Source of the DNA: Leucoraja ocellata
Taxonomy: Eukaryota
Direction: 5' to 3'
Assembly (NCBI GenBank): GCA_036785375.1
Contig: JAWMAR010002945.1
Location: forward strand, 1-64,000
Length of the DNA stretch: 64,000 bases
Shown here in pieces: positions 1 through 13,500 of the stretch. A model generated the notes under the pieces. It made no database searches. It saw only the letters and a program-made list of their open reading frames with translations, and was not told where the DNA came from. Numbering within the stretch: the stretch's first letter is position 1; every line of letters starts with the position of its first letter. The position numbers and the translations under genes are program-made.

Positions 1-2392
1 GGTAGACGAGCCGTGAACCGACTCTAAAGTTTATTACATGCCACCGCTCTATGCAGCACTCTCCACCCCAGGTCCCCAATGTAAAGGGGGACAACTCCCT
101 TATAGATGGACCCCCACTGGGGACCTTTCCCACATTTGGGTGGGAACACAGACTGCCATGGTGTGTCAGGCGGGAGATGAAGGCAAGGAGGTGCAGAAAG
201 TACAGGAACATTCTGTACAGTGAGCGTCTCTTCGCATCACGAAACGGCATGCTGGTCATCTCAGAGAGGTGGCTCAGGTTGTGTGGAGCCGGTTCCCAAG
301 AAATATCCCAGAGTCGAGGCCCGATGAGCAGATCTGATGATGCGGGTGAAAGCTCATTCAGAACCACTCTAGGCACGCGCCTCTCCTCAACACTCGCCAT
401 GACAGAGTGAGGACCGGCCACTCCCGCAGCCGCAACATCCCCTTCCCCTCGTGGAGTGACACGCTGGCTGAAAACAGCCAAATTCCTCACTCTTAGCACA
501 TCCCAGTAGAAAACAGGCAAGCCCCTTAGGGCGGGTCGACTGATGCCCGCCACCGGGAGCCGTGAGACCCCCCTTAGGCAACGAACCCGACGGAAACAAT
601 ACGTGGCCAAAACGTGCCATCTGGGGGGGTTCTCTACATACATGTACCTCCGCAGAGTCCTGAGATGGAGAGCCGCCACCTGGGTACGCACGCATACCAA
701 GGACTGGCCGCCCTCCTCTAACGGGAGACTCAGAACCGCTGCGGAAACCCAGTGCTTCCTATTTCCCCAAAATAAATCCACCAGCTTCCTCTGTACAGCA
801 GTTACAAATATGGAAGGTGGGACAAGAGTTGCCAGCTGGTACCATAACATGGAAGCCACCAGCTGGTTTATGACCAACACCCTCCCCTGAAAGGATAGAA
901 CTCCAAGCAGGCCTGACCAGCACCCCAGCCTGGCAACCACTTTCGTCTCCAACTCCTGCCAATTTGCCGGCCAATCATCCTCAGTGGGACTCAGGTACAC
1001 CCCCAGATAGAGGAGGTGCGTGGTGCTCCACGCAAACATTGCCATCTCCTCTGGCAGGGAGTCCACCTGCCACTGACCCACTAAAAGTTCAGAGCACTTG
1101 CTCCAATTAATCCTGGCAGAAGATGCAGCCGAGAAAATCTTCTGGCAATCACGCATCCTCCGCAGGTCACCAGGATCGGTGAACATAAGGAGTACATCAT
1201 CGGCATATGCCGAAAGAACCAACTCCACCCCTGGGCCCGGTAGGGCCAGGCCTGTCAATCTCCTCCGAAGACACAGGAACGGCTCCACACAGACCGAGAA
1301 CAACTGACCCGACATGGGGCACCCCTGACGGACCCCCCTCCCAAAATGAAAGGGAGCCAACAACACACCATTAACCTTCACAAGGCACTCCGCTGCAGCA
1401 TACAAAAGCCAGACCCCGGGCCACAAAATGTGGTCCAAATCCAAACGCTTGCAACATCCCGAAGAGGTATTCATGCTCTACCCTATCAAAAGCCTTCTCC
1501 TGATCAAGAGACAGAAAAGCAGCTGACTGACCAGTACCCTGGGCTAGATGAATCAGGTCCCTAACCAGGTGGATGTTATCCTGAATGGACCGGCCAGGGG
1601 CTGTGTAGGACTGGTCAGGATGAATCAGTTGAGACAGCACGGAGCCCATGCAATTCGCCATCCCCCATGCAAGAACTTTGTACTCTGTACATAGGAGGGA
1701 GACCGGGCGCCAGTACTTCACCAAGCGGAGTTCCCCCGTCTTGGGCAGCAAGACAACAACTGCTCTACGCCACGAGAGGGGCATCTCCCCGGTCGTCAGG
1801 TTCTCCCCTAGAACCAACATGTAGTCACCCCCAGGATATCCCAGAAAGTTCTAACATACTTTACCGTCAACCCATCCAGCCCGGGGGACTTACCCCTCCT
1901 GAGCTGATGCAATGCACGAGTCAACTCCTCCAAAGATAAGGGGCCATCAAGAAGATCGGCCACCTCCCTTTCTACAGTTGGTGGACCCTCCCACAGGTCC
2001 TGCTGAGCCTCCCCGCTGAATCCACCTGCGGAGAACAGGGACCCGTAAAAGGACCTGACCAGGGCACTAATCCTCTCCGGATCAGTGACAGAGGAGCCAT
2101 CGTCTGCGAGAATCTCTACGACCTGTTTGCGGGCTCCCCGCCCTTTCTCCAGAGAGAAAAAGAAAGATGAAGCTCAGTTCAGATCGTGCAGCATCTGGAC
2201 CCGCAACCTCACGTAAGCTCCTCGGGACCGCTCAAGTTGCAGGTTCCTCAAGGCTTCCTTCTTCTCCTGAATTCCGCATTCACAGGAGTCATCACTAAAC
2301 CGACCCAGGCGAGACTCTGCGTCCAGTAGCTCCCTCTCAAGCCTCTCGACCGCAGAGTCCTGCCGTCCGGTCGACCACCACGTGTATTCCTT
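1..2392 (-). mobile_element. Tx1/L1-clade non-LTR retrotransposon ORF2 fragment (degenerate)
   Basis: ORF 1371-1820: WRRAVVVLLPK..WRPVSLLC..LIHPDQSY..GRSIQDNI..LSLDQEKAFDRV. YADD region near 1190-1210. Confidence 0.85.
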
Positions 2393-2824
2393 ATGTGTAT
2401 TCCTTACCTGAAATTGGAGAGTTCAATGTTCATACCGCTATTTCAGGTAGTCCTTGCTTTCTCACTCTTTCCCCTCCCCTTCCCAGCTCTCCCACAGCTC
2501 ACAACCCACTGTCCCCGTCTCTTCCTTTCTTCTCCCCCCCCCCCCCCCCCCCCCCCACACATCAGTCTGAGGAAGGGTCTCGACCTGAAACATCACCTAT
2601 TCCTTCACTCCGTAGATGCTGCCTCACCCACTGAGTTTCTCCAGCATTTTGTCTACCATTGGTGTCTAAACCCATGACTATAAGCTTCAGGGAAGAGCAT
2701 CTGCTGACTTTACCTGGTCTTGTTATGTGACTCCAGGCCCCCAGTTATGTAGCCGACCCGTATCAGCTCTGAAATGGCCCTGGGAAACATCCAGTTCAAA
2801 GGCAGTTGTGGACGGGAAATAAAT

Positions 2825-3132
2825 GTTAGTTCACTTCACTTGCACCTCCTCCAACCTCATCTACTGTATCCACTGTTCAAGTGTGGACTCTTACACATCT
2901 GCGAGACCAAACGTAGACTGGGCGATCGTTTCGCTGAATACCTTCGCTCAGTCCGCCTGGACCAACCTGATCTCCCGGTTGCCAAACACTTTAATTCCCG
3001 TCCCATTCCCACACTGACCTTTCTGTCCTGGACCTCCTCCACTGTCAGAGTGAGATGAAACACAAATTGGAGGAACAGCATCTCATATTTCACTTGGACA
3101 GCTTACAACACAGCAGTAGGAATATTGATTTC
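2825..3132 (+). mobile_element. Penelope-like element fragment (GIY-YIG endonuclease)
   Basis: FTCTSSNLIYCIHCS / ETKRRLGDRFAEYLRSV..DLPVAKHFNS, frameshifted. Confidence 0.8.
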
Positions 3133-3134
3133 AT

Positions 3135-4700
3135 GAAATTGTTTCCATGTCCCAGCTACACTAGTCCCACCTGCCTGTGTTTGGCCCACATCCTTCCAAC
3201 CCTGTCCTATCCATGTACCTGTCCAACTGTTTCTTAAATATTGGGATAGTCCCAGCCTCAACTACCTCCTCCGGCAGTTCATTCCATACACCCACCACCC
3301 TGTGTGGAAAGGTTTACCTCTCAGATTCCTATTCAATCTTTTCCCCTATACCTTGAACCTATGTCTTCTGGTCCTCGATTCCCCTACTCTGGGCAAAAGG
3401 CTCTATGCATCTACCCAATCTATTCCTCTCATGATTTTGTACACCTCTATAAGGTCACCATTCATCCTCCTGCGCTCCAAGGATTAGAGTCCCAGCCTAC
3501 GTAACCTCTCCCTATAGCCGACCCTGATATCCTGGCAACATCCTCATAAATCTTCTCTGTACCCTTTCCAGCTTGTTGACATCTTCCCAATAACATTGTG
3601 CCCAGAACTGAACACAATACTCTAAATGTGGTCCCATCAATGACATATAATAGACAATAAACAATAGGTTTCGGAATAGGCCATTCGGCCCTTCGAGCCA
3701 GCACCGCCATTCAATGCGATCATGGCTGATCATCCACAATCAGTAGCCCGTTCGTGCCTCCTCCCCATATCCCCTGACTCCACCATCTTTAAGAGCTCTC
3801 TCTTAAAAATATCCAGAGAACCTGCCTCCACCCCCCTCTGAGGCAGAGAATTCGAAAATGACCTCTCAACTTCTATACTCAATACACTGACTGATGAATC
3901 CAATGTGTCAAAAGTATTTTTGACCACCCGAACTATCTGCGACTACACCTTCAAGGAACCATGCACCTGTAATCCTAGATCCCTCTGTTCTACAACACTC
4001 CCCGCAGGCCTACCATTGTCTGGTCATGCCCCAATGTCTTTTCCCCGAGGTGTGTTACTCCAATACCTGGCCCCATGGGCTTTCCTGCAATGTTTGGCCC
4101 TCTGACCTATGCCATTTGGATCAGGTGCTGGAGTTGACTCTTCCGTATCAGTTGTATTCTTTTCGGAACCTGTTCATGTACTCCTCTCCTGATGCGTTTT
4201 AGCCCAGTATCTGGTGTATTTGGTGCACTCATAGAGTCATAGATTAATACAGTGCGGACGGAAACAGGCCCTTCGGCCCAACATGCCCACACCGGCCAAC
4301 AATGTCCCAACTACCCTAGTCCCACTTGCCTGCACTTGGTCCATATCCCTCCAAACCTGCCCTACCCATGTACCTGTCCAACTGTTTCTTAAACGATGGA
4401 CTACCTCCTCTGGCAGTTTGTTCCATACACCCACCAACCTCTGTGTGAAAAAGTTACCCCTCGATTCCTTTTAAATCTTTTCCCCTTCACCTTGAACCCA
4501 TGTCCACTGGTCCTCGATTCCCCTACTCTGGGTAAAAGACTCTGTGCACCCACCCGATCTATTCCTCTTATGATTTTGTACATCTCTATAAGATCACCCC
4601 TCATCCTCGTACGCTCCATAGAATAGAGACCCACCCTGCTCAAACTCTCCCTGTAGCTCACACCCTCGAGTCCTGGCAACATCCTGGCAACATCCTGGTA
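3135..4700 (-). mobile_element. Cluster of CR1 3'-end/SINE fragments
   Basis: LERVQRRFMRMLPG and LYSMERTRMRGDLIEMYKI..RTSGHGFKVKG type remnants, with (TAGACAA) tails. Confidence 0.75.
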
Positions 4701-5483
4701 AAAGTCTTGGCAACATCCTCAGCTGAAGTCCCTAAAGTGATGAGTAAAATGATGAACAACTCCAAACATTTCATGTTTTTGTTATTTTATTTTATTTATG
4801 CAACTAATTTCAAATGAAAACATGCAGTTCAGAGTTCAGCAGAAAAATTAAAAAATAAGCTGCAGACAATGAGTTAAACAACATCTGCTTTACAAAACCT
4901 GATTGAGCAAGTCCCCAAGCATCGCCCCCCCCCCCCCCATCCCCTCCACCACATTGCTTCCTGTTCCTTCTCCCCTCCCCATGCCCCCTTCTTGCTCCTA
5001 GGGCATCAGCGCATCCCTCCCCCTCCCACACTCCCCTCTTCTCCTTCACTCATCACATTCCCATCTGCTCCCCTTTCCCAAACATTAATCCTGCCTTCCT
5101 CTCCCACTCCTGAATGCCACCCACTCCAGTGTCTTATACCCTGACATTTTCCCACTGTCATGTCCTATCCTGTCCTTCCCACCCCACCCCCCCACCCCCC
5201 CACCCCCCCACCCCCCGCCCAGTCACCCCACCCCCCGCCCACTCACCCCACCCCCCGCCCACTCGCCCCACCCCCCACCCACTCGCCCCACCCCCCTCAA
5301 TCCCAACCGGTTTCTTCCCCAGCATCCCCAGTGCATTTCCAACTTTATCTCCTGTAATGAGCGTTTGCAGAGCAGTAGCCTCGGATTGCCGAGTGAGTGA
5401 GTGAAAGACAGGGAGACTCCATTTGTCAACGTCAACAGCTGCATGGCGATCTCTTGAGTGAAGGTGGCGTGTGTGTCGGCTGG

Positions 5484-5495
5484 TCATTGTTGCAC
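5484..5495 (-). CDS. IgW: Candidate TM2 exon (VQQ*), giving cytoplasmic tail K-VQQ
   Basis: CTAAC branch-like site, TTTCCTGTGTATATTACAG|GTG CAA CAA TGA, phase 0 matching TM1. Tandem AATAAA at 4786-4796. Confidence 0.62.
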   Translation of the reverse strand: MQQ

Positions 5496-5564
5496 CTGTA
5501 ATATACACAGGAAAGTTAGATATTGTGTGTGACAAGGTGCAGCACAGATGGTGATCTGCAGGGA

Positions 5565-5812
5565 AACATAGAAACATAGAAATTAGGTGCAGGAGTAGGC
5601 CATTCGGCCCTTCGAGCATGCACCGCCATTCAATATGATCATGGCTGATCATCCAACTCAGTATCCCATACCTGCCTTCTCTCCATACCCCCTTATCCCC
5701 TTAGCCACAAGGGCCACATCTAACTCCCTCTTAAATATAGCCAATGAACTGGCCTCAACTACCCTCTGTGGCAGAGAGTTCCAGAGATTCACCACTCTGT
5801 GTGAAAAAAAAC
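5565..5812 (-). mobile_element. CR1 3' fragment with (TTTCTATG)n tail
   Basis: Same 3' UTR as the other CR1 copies in the window. Confidence 0.75.
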
Positions 5813-6061
5813 AGGCAAACTAAAGGGACAGGCAAACTAAATAACAGACAGTCTGTCCTTAACCTCAGAGATGGACCCTCATGGACAGGGGATCTGCAAC
5901 ATTTCTAGGACCCTCGAGGATTGGTGGTCTGTGCATGTGTGTAGGAGATGGACCCTCATGGACAGGTGGTCTTTCATTAGTGGCCCAGGTCAACTCTAAG
6001 GGATACACAGTCTGAATACCAGTTGTGGGCTGAAGAGAGGTCCCGTACTTGGGCTCAGTTT

Positions 6062-6394
6062 CCAGATACGGAGTACCCTGTTAGTTGTAGTTCAGTGATA
6101 CAGCATCAAACAAGCCCTTCAGCCCAGGGAGACTGCGCCGACCAGCGATCCCTGCACATTAACACTACCCTACACACACTAGGGACAATTTTTTTTACAT
6201 TTACATCAAGCCAATTAACCTACAAACCTGTACATCTTTGGAGTTTGGGAGGAAACCGAAGATGTCGGAGAAAACCCACGCAGGTCACGGGGAGAACGTA
6301 CAAACTCCGTACAGACAGCACCCGTAGTCAGGATGGAACCCAGATCTCTGGCACTGTAAGGCAGCAGCTCTATCGCTGTGCCACCGTGACGCCC
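6062..6394 (-). mobile_element. tRNA-derived SINE (HE1/V-SINE-like)
   Basis: 5' GGCGTCACGGTGGCACAGCG..GGGTTCCATCC A/B-box-like head and a (CTAAA/CTGAA)-type tail. Confidence 0.7.
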
Positions 6395-6551
6395 AACATT
6401 TGATATGAATACAACGTTTGTTTGATTTCCTTGTTTGAGCTCAGGGTCATTGCCCTAAATACCCAACGTTCTATGAATGTTTGCTGTATCAAGGCCCAGA
6501 GGACAGGAGTAAAGTGGAAAGGTTCAAAGACCAGGAGGATGTGAAGGATCC

Positions 6552-9500
6552 CATAGAAACATAGAAACATAGAAAATAGGTGCAGGAGGAGGCCATTCAC
6601 CCTTCGAGCCAGCACCGCCATTCATTGTGATCATGGTTGATCACCCCCAATTAATAACCCGTGCCTGCCTTCTCCCCATATCCCTTGATTTCACCAGCCC
6701 CTAGAGCTCTATCTAACTCACTCTTAAATCCATCCAGTGATTTGGCCTCCTCTGTGGACAAATTCACAACTCACTGGGTGAAAGAGTTTTTTCTCACCTC
6801 AGTTTTAAATGGCCTCCCCATTATTCTCAGTCTGAGGCCCTTGGGTCTGGACTCGCCCAATATTGGGAACATTTTTTCCTGCATCTAGCTTGTCCAGTCC
6901 TTTTATAATTTTATATGTGTCTATAAGATCTCCCCCTCATCCTACTAAACACCAGAGTCCTTCCTCAAATAAGGAGACCAAAGCAGTATACAATACTCCA
7001 GATGTGGTCTCACCAGAGCCCTATACAACTGCAGAAGAGCCTCTCTACTCCTATACTGAAATCCTCTTGTTATGAAGGCCAACATTCCATTAGCTTTCTT
7101 CACGGCCTGCTGTACCTGCCTGCCACTTTTCAGTGACTGGTGTACAAGGACACCCAGGTCTCGCTGTACCTAACCTAACCCCATTGAGATAATAATCTGC
7201 CCCGTTGTTTTTGCTGCCAAAGTGGATAACCTCACATTTATCTATATTATATTGCATCTGCCACGCATCTGCCCACTCACTCAACCTGTCCAGGTTACCC
7301 TGCAACCTCCTAACATCCTCTTCACAGTTCACACTGCCACCCAGCTTAGTATCATCCGCAAACTTGCTAGTGTTGCTCCTAATTCCCTCTTCCAAATCAT
7401 TAATATATATGGTAAACAGTTGCGGCCCCAACACCGAGCCTTGCGGCACTCCACTCACCACAGCCTGCCATTCTGAAAAGGACCCGTTCTTTCCTACTCT
7501 TTGCTTCCGGTCTGCCAACCAATTTTCTATCCATGTCAACCCCCAATACCATGTGCTCTAATTTTAGTCACCAGTCTCCCATGCGGGACCTTATCAAAGG
7601 CTTTCTGAAAGTCTAGGTACACTACCTCCACTGGCACCCCTTCATCCATTTTACTTGTCACATCCTCAAAAAATTCCAGAAGATTAGTCAAGCATGATTT
7701 TCCTTTCATAAATCCATGCTGACTTGTACTAATCCTTTTACTGCTATCTAAATGCCCCATTATTAACTCTTTAATAATTGACTCCAGCATCTTTCCCACC
7801 ACCAAAGTCAGGCTAACTGGTCTGTAATTCCCCGTTTTCTCTCTCGCTCCTTTCTTGAAAAGTGGGATAACATTAGCTATCCTCCAATCCACAGGAACTG
7901 ATCCTGAATCTATTGAACATTGGAAAATGATCACCAATGCATCCACTATTTCTAGAACCACCTCCCTGGGATGCAGACCATCAGGCCCAGGGGATTTATC
8001 ATCCTCTAGTCCCATTAGCCTATCCAATACTATTGCTCACCTAATGAAAATGTCTTTCATTTCCTCTACCCCCTTAGATCCTCTGTCCTCCAGTACTTCT
8101 GGGAGATTGTGTGTGTCTTCCTTAGTGAAGACAGATCCGAAGCACTTGTTCAACTCTTCTGCCATTTCCTTGTTTCCCATAATAATTTCACCCATGTCTG
8201 CCTTCAAGGGACCCACATTTGTCTTTGCTACTCTTTTTCCCTTAACATATCAAATAAGCTTTTACTGTCCTTCTTTATATTCCTGGCCAGCTTCCCCTCG
8301 TACTTCATCTTTTCAGCCCGTATTGCCCGTTTTGTTTCTTTCTGTTGTCCTATGAAAGTTTCCCAATCCTCTGGCTTCTGGCTACTCTTTGCTGTGTTAT
8401 ACATATTTTATTTTAGTTTTATTCTATCCCTAACTTCTCTTGTCAGCCACGGTTGCCTCCTACTCCCCTTAGAATCTTTCTTCCTTTTTGGAATGAAATG
8501 ATCCTGCATCTTCCGGTTTATGCCCAGAAATTCCTGCCATTGCTGTTCCACCGTCATTCCTGCTAGGATCCCTTTCCAGTCTGAAGAAGGGTTTCGGCCC
8601 GAAATGTCGCCTATTTCCTTTGCTCCATAGATGCTGCTGCACCCGCTGAGTTTCTCCAGCATTTTTGTGTACCTTCGATCTTCCAGCATCTGCAGTTCCT
8701 TCTTGAACCCTTTCCAATCTACCTTGGCCAGCTCCTCTCTGATGCCTTCATAGTCCCCTTTGTTGAACTACATCACTGACACTTCCGATTTAACCTTCAC
8801 CTTCTCAAATTGCAGATTAAAACTAATCATATTATGATCACCACCTCCAAGCGGTTCCTTTACCTCTCGTTCTCTTATCATATCTGGTTCATTAGACAAC
8901 ACTAAATCCAGAATTGCCTTTTCTCTGGTCGGCTTGATTAGAAGCTGCTCTAAGAATCCATCTCGGAGGCATTCTACAAACTCTCTTTCTTGGGGTCCTG
9001 AACCAAGCTGATTTTCCCAGTCTACCTGCATATTGAAATCCCCCATCACCACAGTGGCATTACCTTTGTTACATGCCAGTTTTAACTCCTGCTGCAACTT
9101 ACACCCTACATCCGGGCTACTATTTGGGGGTCTGTAGATAACACCAATTAGGGTCTTCTTGCCTTTGTAATTCCTCAACTCAATCCACAGTGACTCTACC
9201 TCTTCAGTCCCTATGTCTTCCCTCACAAGGGACTGAATTCCCTCCCTCACCAGCAGAGCTACCGCCCTCCTCTGCCCACCTGCCTGACCTTTCTATAGAA
9301 TGTATAACCCTGAATATTAAGTTCCCAGGCCCGATCCTCCTGCAGCCACGTCTCAGTAATCCCCACCATGTCATATCTACCAACCTCTAACTGAGCTTCA
9401 AACTCATCTACTTTACTTCTTATACTTCGCACATTCATATACAATACTTTTAATTCCTTAAACATCTCACCTTTCACATCGATCCCTATTATTCTCCTAT

Positions 9501-9612
9501 CCCTTTGTGAGCTTTCTTTCCCTTTAATTCTGGGGTCATTAACTATCCCTTTACTCCCTTTCCCTTTAACTCTGGCCCTGACTATCCCATTTGACACCCT
9601 CCTCCCCTTATT
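6552..9612 (-). mobile_element. CR1 LINE, near-full ORF2 (APE + RT), degenerate, in the TM1-TM2 intron
   Basis: YMNVRSIRSK, GITETWL, IYRPPNS, MGDFN (APE); SPGPDGLHP, YLDFQKAFDKVPH, GVPQGSVLGP, KFADD (RT); (TTTCTATG)n tail. Confidence 0.93.
8579..8707 (+). mobile_element. Short Penelope-derived repeat inserted in CR1 with 9-bp TSD
   Basis: CCCTTTCCA at 8570-8578 and 8708-8716 flank a 129-bp insert starting GTCTGAAGAAGGGTTTCGGCCCGAAA. Confidence 0.8.
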
Positions 9613-9742
9613 GTCCCAGACTGCATCATCTGTTGGCCGTGGTGTGGTGAGGATTGAAGAGTCAGAGAACACAGTGTAGTGAGGAATGGACGGTCACAGT
9701 GTGGGGGGGTCACAAAGTATCTTTGTCGTTGGTCATCGTTAC

Positions 9743-9882
9743 CTTGCCAACAGTGACGAAGGTACTGTAGAGGAAACTGATAACGAACAAGATGGCGAAG
9801 ACAGCAACTGTGAGCATATTGTCATCTCCATCCAAGTCCCCTGGCTCAACCTTCCCTTCCTCACCTGTCAATTCTGTGCCGG
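9743..9882 (-). CDS. IgW: IgW transmembrane exon TM1 (AGTELTGEEGKVEPGDLDGDDNMLTVAVFAILFVISFLYSTFVTVGK)
   Basis: Acidic spacer plus hydrophobic helix with the conserved antigen-receptor motif (F..LF..S..YST.VT). Donor AAG|GTAACG. The acceptor is the first AG after a pyrimidine tract; two further in-frame AGs are possible. Confidence 0.92.
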
Positions 9883-10534
9883 CTTCAGGACAAATGAGAA
9901 GGTGAGACAGTTAGTTTGCCGCCGATGTTTTGTGAAGATCAACAACGTGTGAATAAAATGAAGACAACAGGAGGACAGGAAGACAGGAGGCTTGGGTCAG
10001 TTTCACCGTTCAATGATATGTGGAGATCTATCACCAGCTCCACTGAGCTGACTTTCCCCCACATCCATTATCATCCCGTATAGTCAAACTCTGCAATCTC
10101 AGATATAAAATCACCTTCACACCTAATGCTAACTGTGGAAGGCAATTCCAAACTTCCATGAACCTCTGATAGACACAAAAAGCTGGAGTAACTCAGTTGC
10201 ACAGGCAGTATCTCTGGAGAGAAGGAATGGGTGAGGTTTCACGTCGAGACCCTTCTTCAGATGCCATGACCCACTTCATGTAGCATGGCTACCTCTAACT
10301 TTTAGACCCAGTACTTTGTATAGAGTTGGATTTCCATAAATCAGGGAGATCATTTGTAACCCAGGGAGCACTGTATACAACTAAAAAATAATTCCTCCTC
10401 ATCTAGTTAGTTTAGTTTATTGTCACGTGTACCAAGGTACAGTGAAAAGCTTTTGTTGCATGCTAACCATTCAGCGGAAAGGCAAAACATGATTACAAAT
10501 GAGTCATTCACAGTGTATACATACATGATAAGGG

Positions 10535-13500
10535 ATTTTACTTCGGAGTCACGTGAGTGACTACGTGAAGAAGCCCGCGTACGACGCATGCGTGTCATAT
10601 CGCTACACGCATTCGAACTCGTCATCGCTGGAGGAAGGACGTTCCTCCAAATCGGCAGGACTTGAACCTGCAATAGGTAAGGGAACTTTGTTTTCTTTAC
10701 TTACCCTTTTTTTATGTAGAAGGCTGATGAAGCTGGCTGGGGAGAGTCTGCAGAATTGCAGGCAGCCAGCACCGGCCGGGGCCCGTTAATTTCTTTTGAA
10801 CAGGAACGGAGCCGACTTTAGAGCCAGGACAACGGTCGCTGGAGCAGTTTCCTGACAACTCCGTAACAGCCCCAGTAGTCGGTGAGTGCATGACTAATTT
10901 ATGGGTCTGAGGGGCTGGAAGGTGCAACAGACTGAATTCCCGTTATGGGAATAGCTGTGCCAAACTTACCCCACCCCCCCCCCCCCCCGAATTTCTCCAG
11001 TTTTTGTTTTTTACTACACCTGTCCACAGCTGGGATATATAGGACCAGCAGCTGGCTGGGGAGAGTGTGCAGATTGCAGGCAGCCAGCAGAGGCCGGGGG
11101 CCCGTTAATTTGTTTTAAAACAGGGGACGGAGCCGACTTCAGCGACAGGATAACGATGCTGGAGCAGGGTTTCCTGACGACTCGGGTACAACACCACGGA
11201 CCCTTACTATAGGTATGTGGGAAAATGGTGTAAAACAAAAATGGGGTTTTCATAAAATATGTGTGTTAATCCTTTGGTTAAAGAACTAGATGGTTCCGAG
11301 GTGCTGGAAGTGCGGAAAGGGCGCATTAACGGCACTTCCGCAATGTTCTTAAAATAGCGAGCTGTCAGTGCCGAAGAGCACTGAGCACGCGTTGGACCCG
11401 CTAGCCCACGCTGAAGGAAGCCGGTACGAGTGGCTGCAGCATGATCAGCAGCCAACACAGGTGCCTGGGAGTACCGGGACCGGGTGGAGTGGTGGACCCA
11501 CATACAGGACCGGTGTGATCAGCGGCGGAGCGAGGAAAACCCGCAAACCAGTGCCCGTGTGTACGGGGGACGGGAACAGCGGGGGAAAAAGGAGCTCCTT
11601 CATAGGGGCAGTCACATGAATGTGGACAAGGAGCGGCATAGTTATATCGGGCGGCCGGGAGCGACCAGTGCCCGTAGGCATGGGGCCCGGCTGCGGGAAA
11701 TACCGCGTGCGACTAGTGCCCGAGAGCACCAAGGTCGGCAGGAGCGGTCTGATATATTAAAGCACCCGCGATCGACTAGTGCCCGAGAGCATGTAAGTCG
11801 GCTGGAGTGGTTGCTGGAGTAAATTTCTCCACAGTGGCAGGCTCCGGGATATGGAGGATAGCCACAGTGGGCAAAAAATATAAGTCCCACAGCAGTTTCC
11901 CATAAGGGCTGCATGAAATGTCAGACGCCTCTGAGGAGGGTATTGAAGATCTGACTGGGCCAGGATGGCTGCCAGTGTTAATATAGACATCACTGCGAAA
12001 GTGATGTGGCAAAACAGCCTCCGGGATAATACTTACCGATACCGGAGTGAGGATGAGCAGCTGCAAGATATAGCGCAGCCAGCAGCGGCCACTTTTGTGG
12101 AGCTGGGGAACCGGTATGAGTGGCTGCAGCAGGTTCGGCTGTCAGTGACATGGTGAATATTTGGCCCGGGACGACCACTGTGGGAGATGCGAAAGCTTCT
12201 ACTTCAGCATCTACCCAAACCTCAACCTCAAGGCCCTCCACAACCACGAGTGAAACCAAGAAAATAACTCAGTTACCACCGATAACCATGGAGGTAGGTG
12301 AATCTGGGGCTCCAGAATTAATAGGGAGCACGGAAGTTGGAGGGACATTGCAACTTCATTTGGAAGCATGGTGTAATATAACTATGGACAGATATATTCT
12401 TAGAAGTATTAAGGGATATCTGATAGAGTTTCTACACAAACAAAATCTTCCAGTACAATATACACTGGACAGAATATACATGCTTACTAAATGGGAACAA
12501 GCTAAAGCCCACATAGAACTACAAAGATTATTCACTAAAGGGGTAATTGAACAAACCAAACCTGAACAACAGGAATTTGTCTCAAACATATTTATTAGAA
12601 ATAAGAAAGATGGGGGTCGCCATATTATTATTGATTTATCAACACTTCACAATGTTGTGCAATATGTTCATTTTAAAATTGATATTTTTAGCACTGCTAA
12701 AGAGTTAGTTTCAGCAGGCTACTTTATGGCAAGTATTGATCTTAAAGATGCTTACTATACAATACCCATCAGAGGTAAAATTCTTAAACCAGCTTTGGCA
12801 TTGCTGCAACAACAAAATCATAGAGTAATGACATAGTTGGATGAATACTTATTGTCGGTATAATTTATGAATTGGCATGTCAGGCAGTGGTTGCCACAAA
12901 ACAATTGTTTGAACAGCTGGGATTCATTATCCATCCAATTAAGTCACAATTGACACTATTAACACATTTAATATGTTAATGACTTTACTAATAGGAAAAG
13001 CCACAGAGTTACAAAAGGATTAGAGCACTCAAAGTTAATTGAGGCCATTTTTTTTGATGGCCAATGGAGCTAACAATTTAAGACATAAAAGAATTACAAT
13101 GGTGGGAACACAATGTTAAGTATGGCTCCAAACCAAATAGTTATTGACAACCCGTCTGTGCTATTACAAACAGATGCCAGTGCAATTGGTTGGGGTACAA
13201 CTGATACCATCTCGAGCTCTGGGGGGAGATGGAATATACAAGAAGCTAACCTACTTAACACTAAGGGTATAAAGTACTTAGAAATGTTAAGTGCATTTTA
13301 TGGGTTAAAATTTTATTGCTCAGGAATGAAATAGCAGCATGTTAGATTGCAGATAGATAATACCTCGGTGATGGCATATATAAGTCATATGGGTGGAAAT
13401 ATATCAACATCTTGTGATGAATTGGCAAACTCAATTTGGCAATGGTGTGTCCAAAGGACTATTTGGTTATGGGCTACGTATCTACCAGGTATACTAATTT

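Noticed and set aside
9670-9725. Two CACAGTG heptamers just downstream of TM1
   Set aside because: No nonamer at a valid spacing and no adjacent coding segment.
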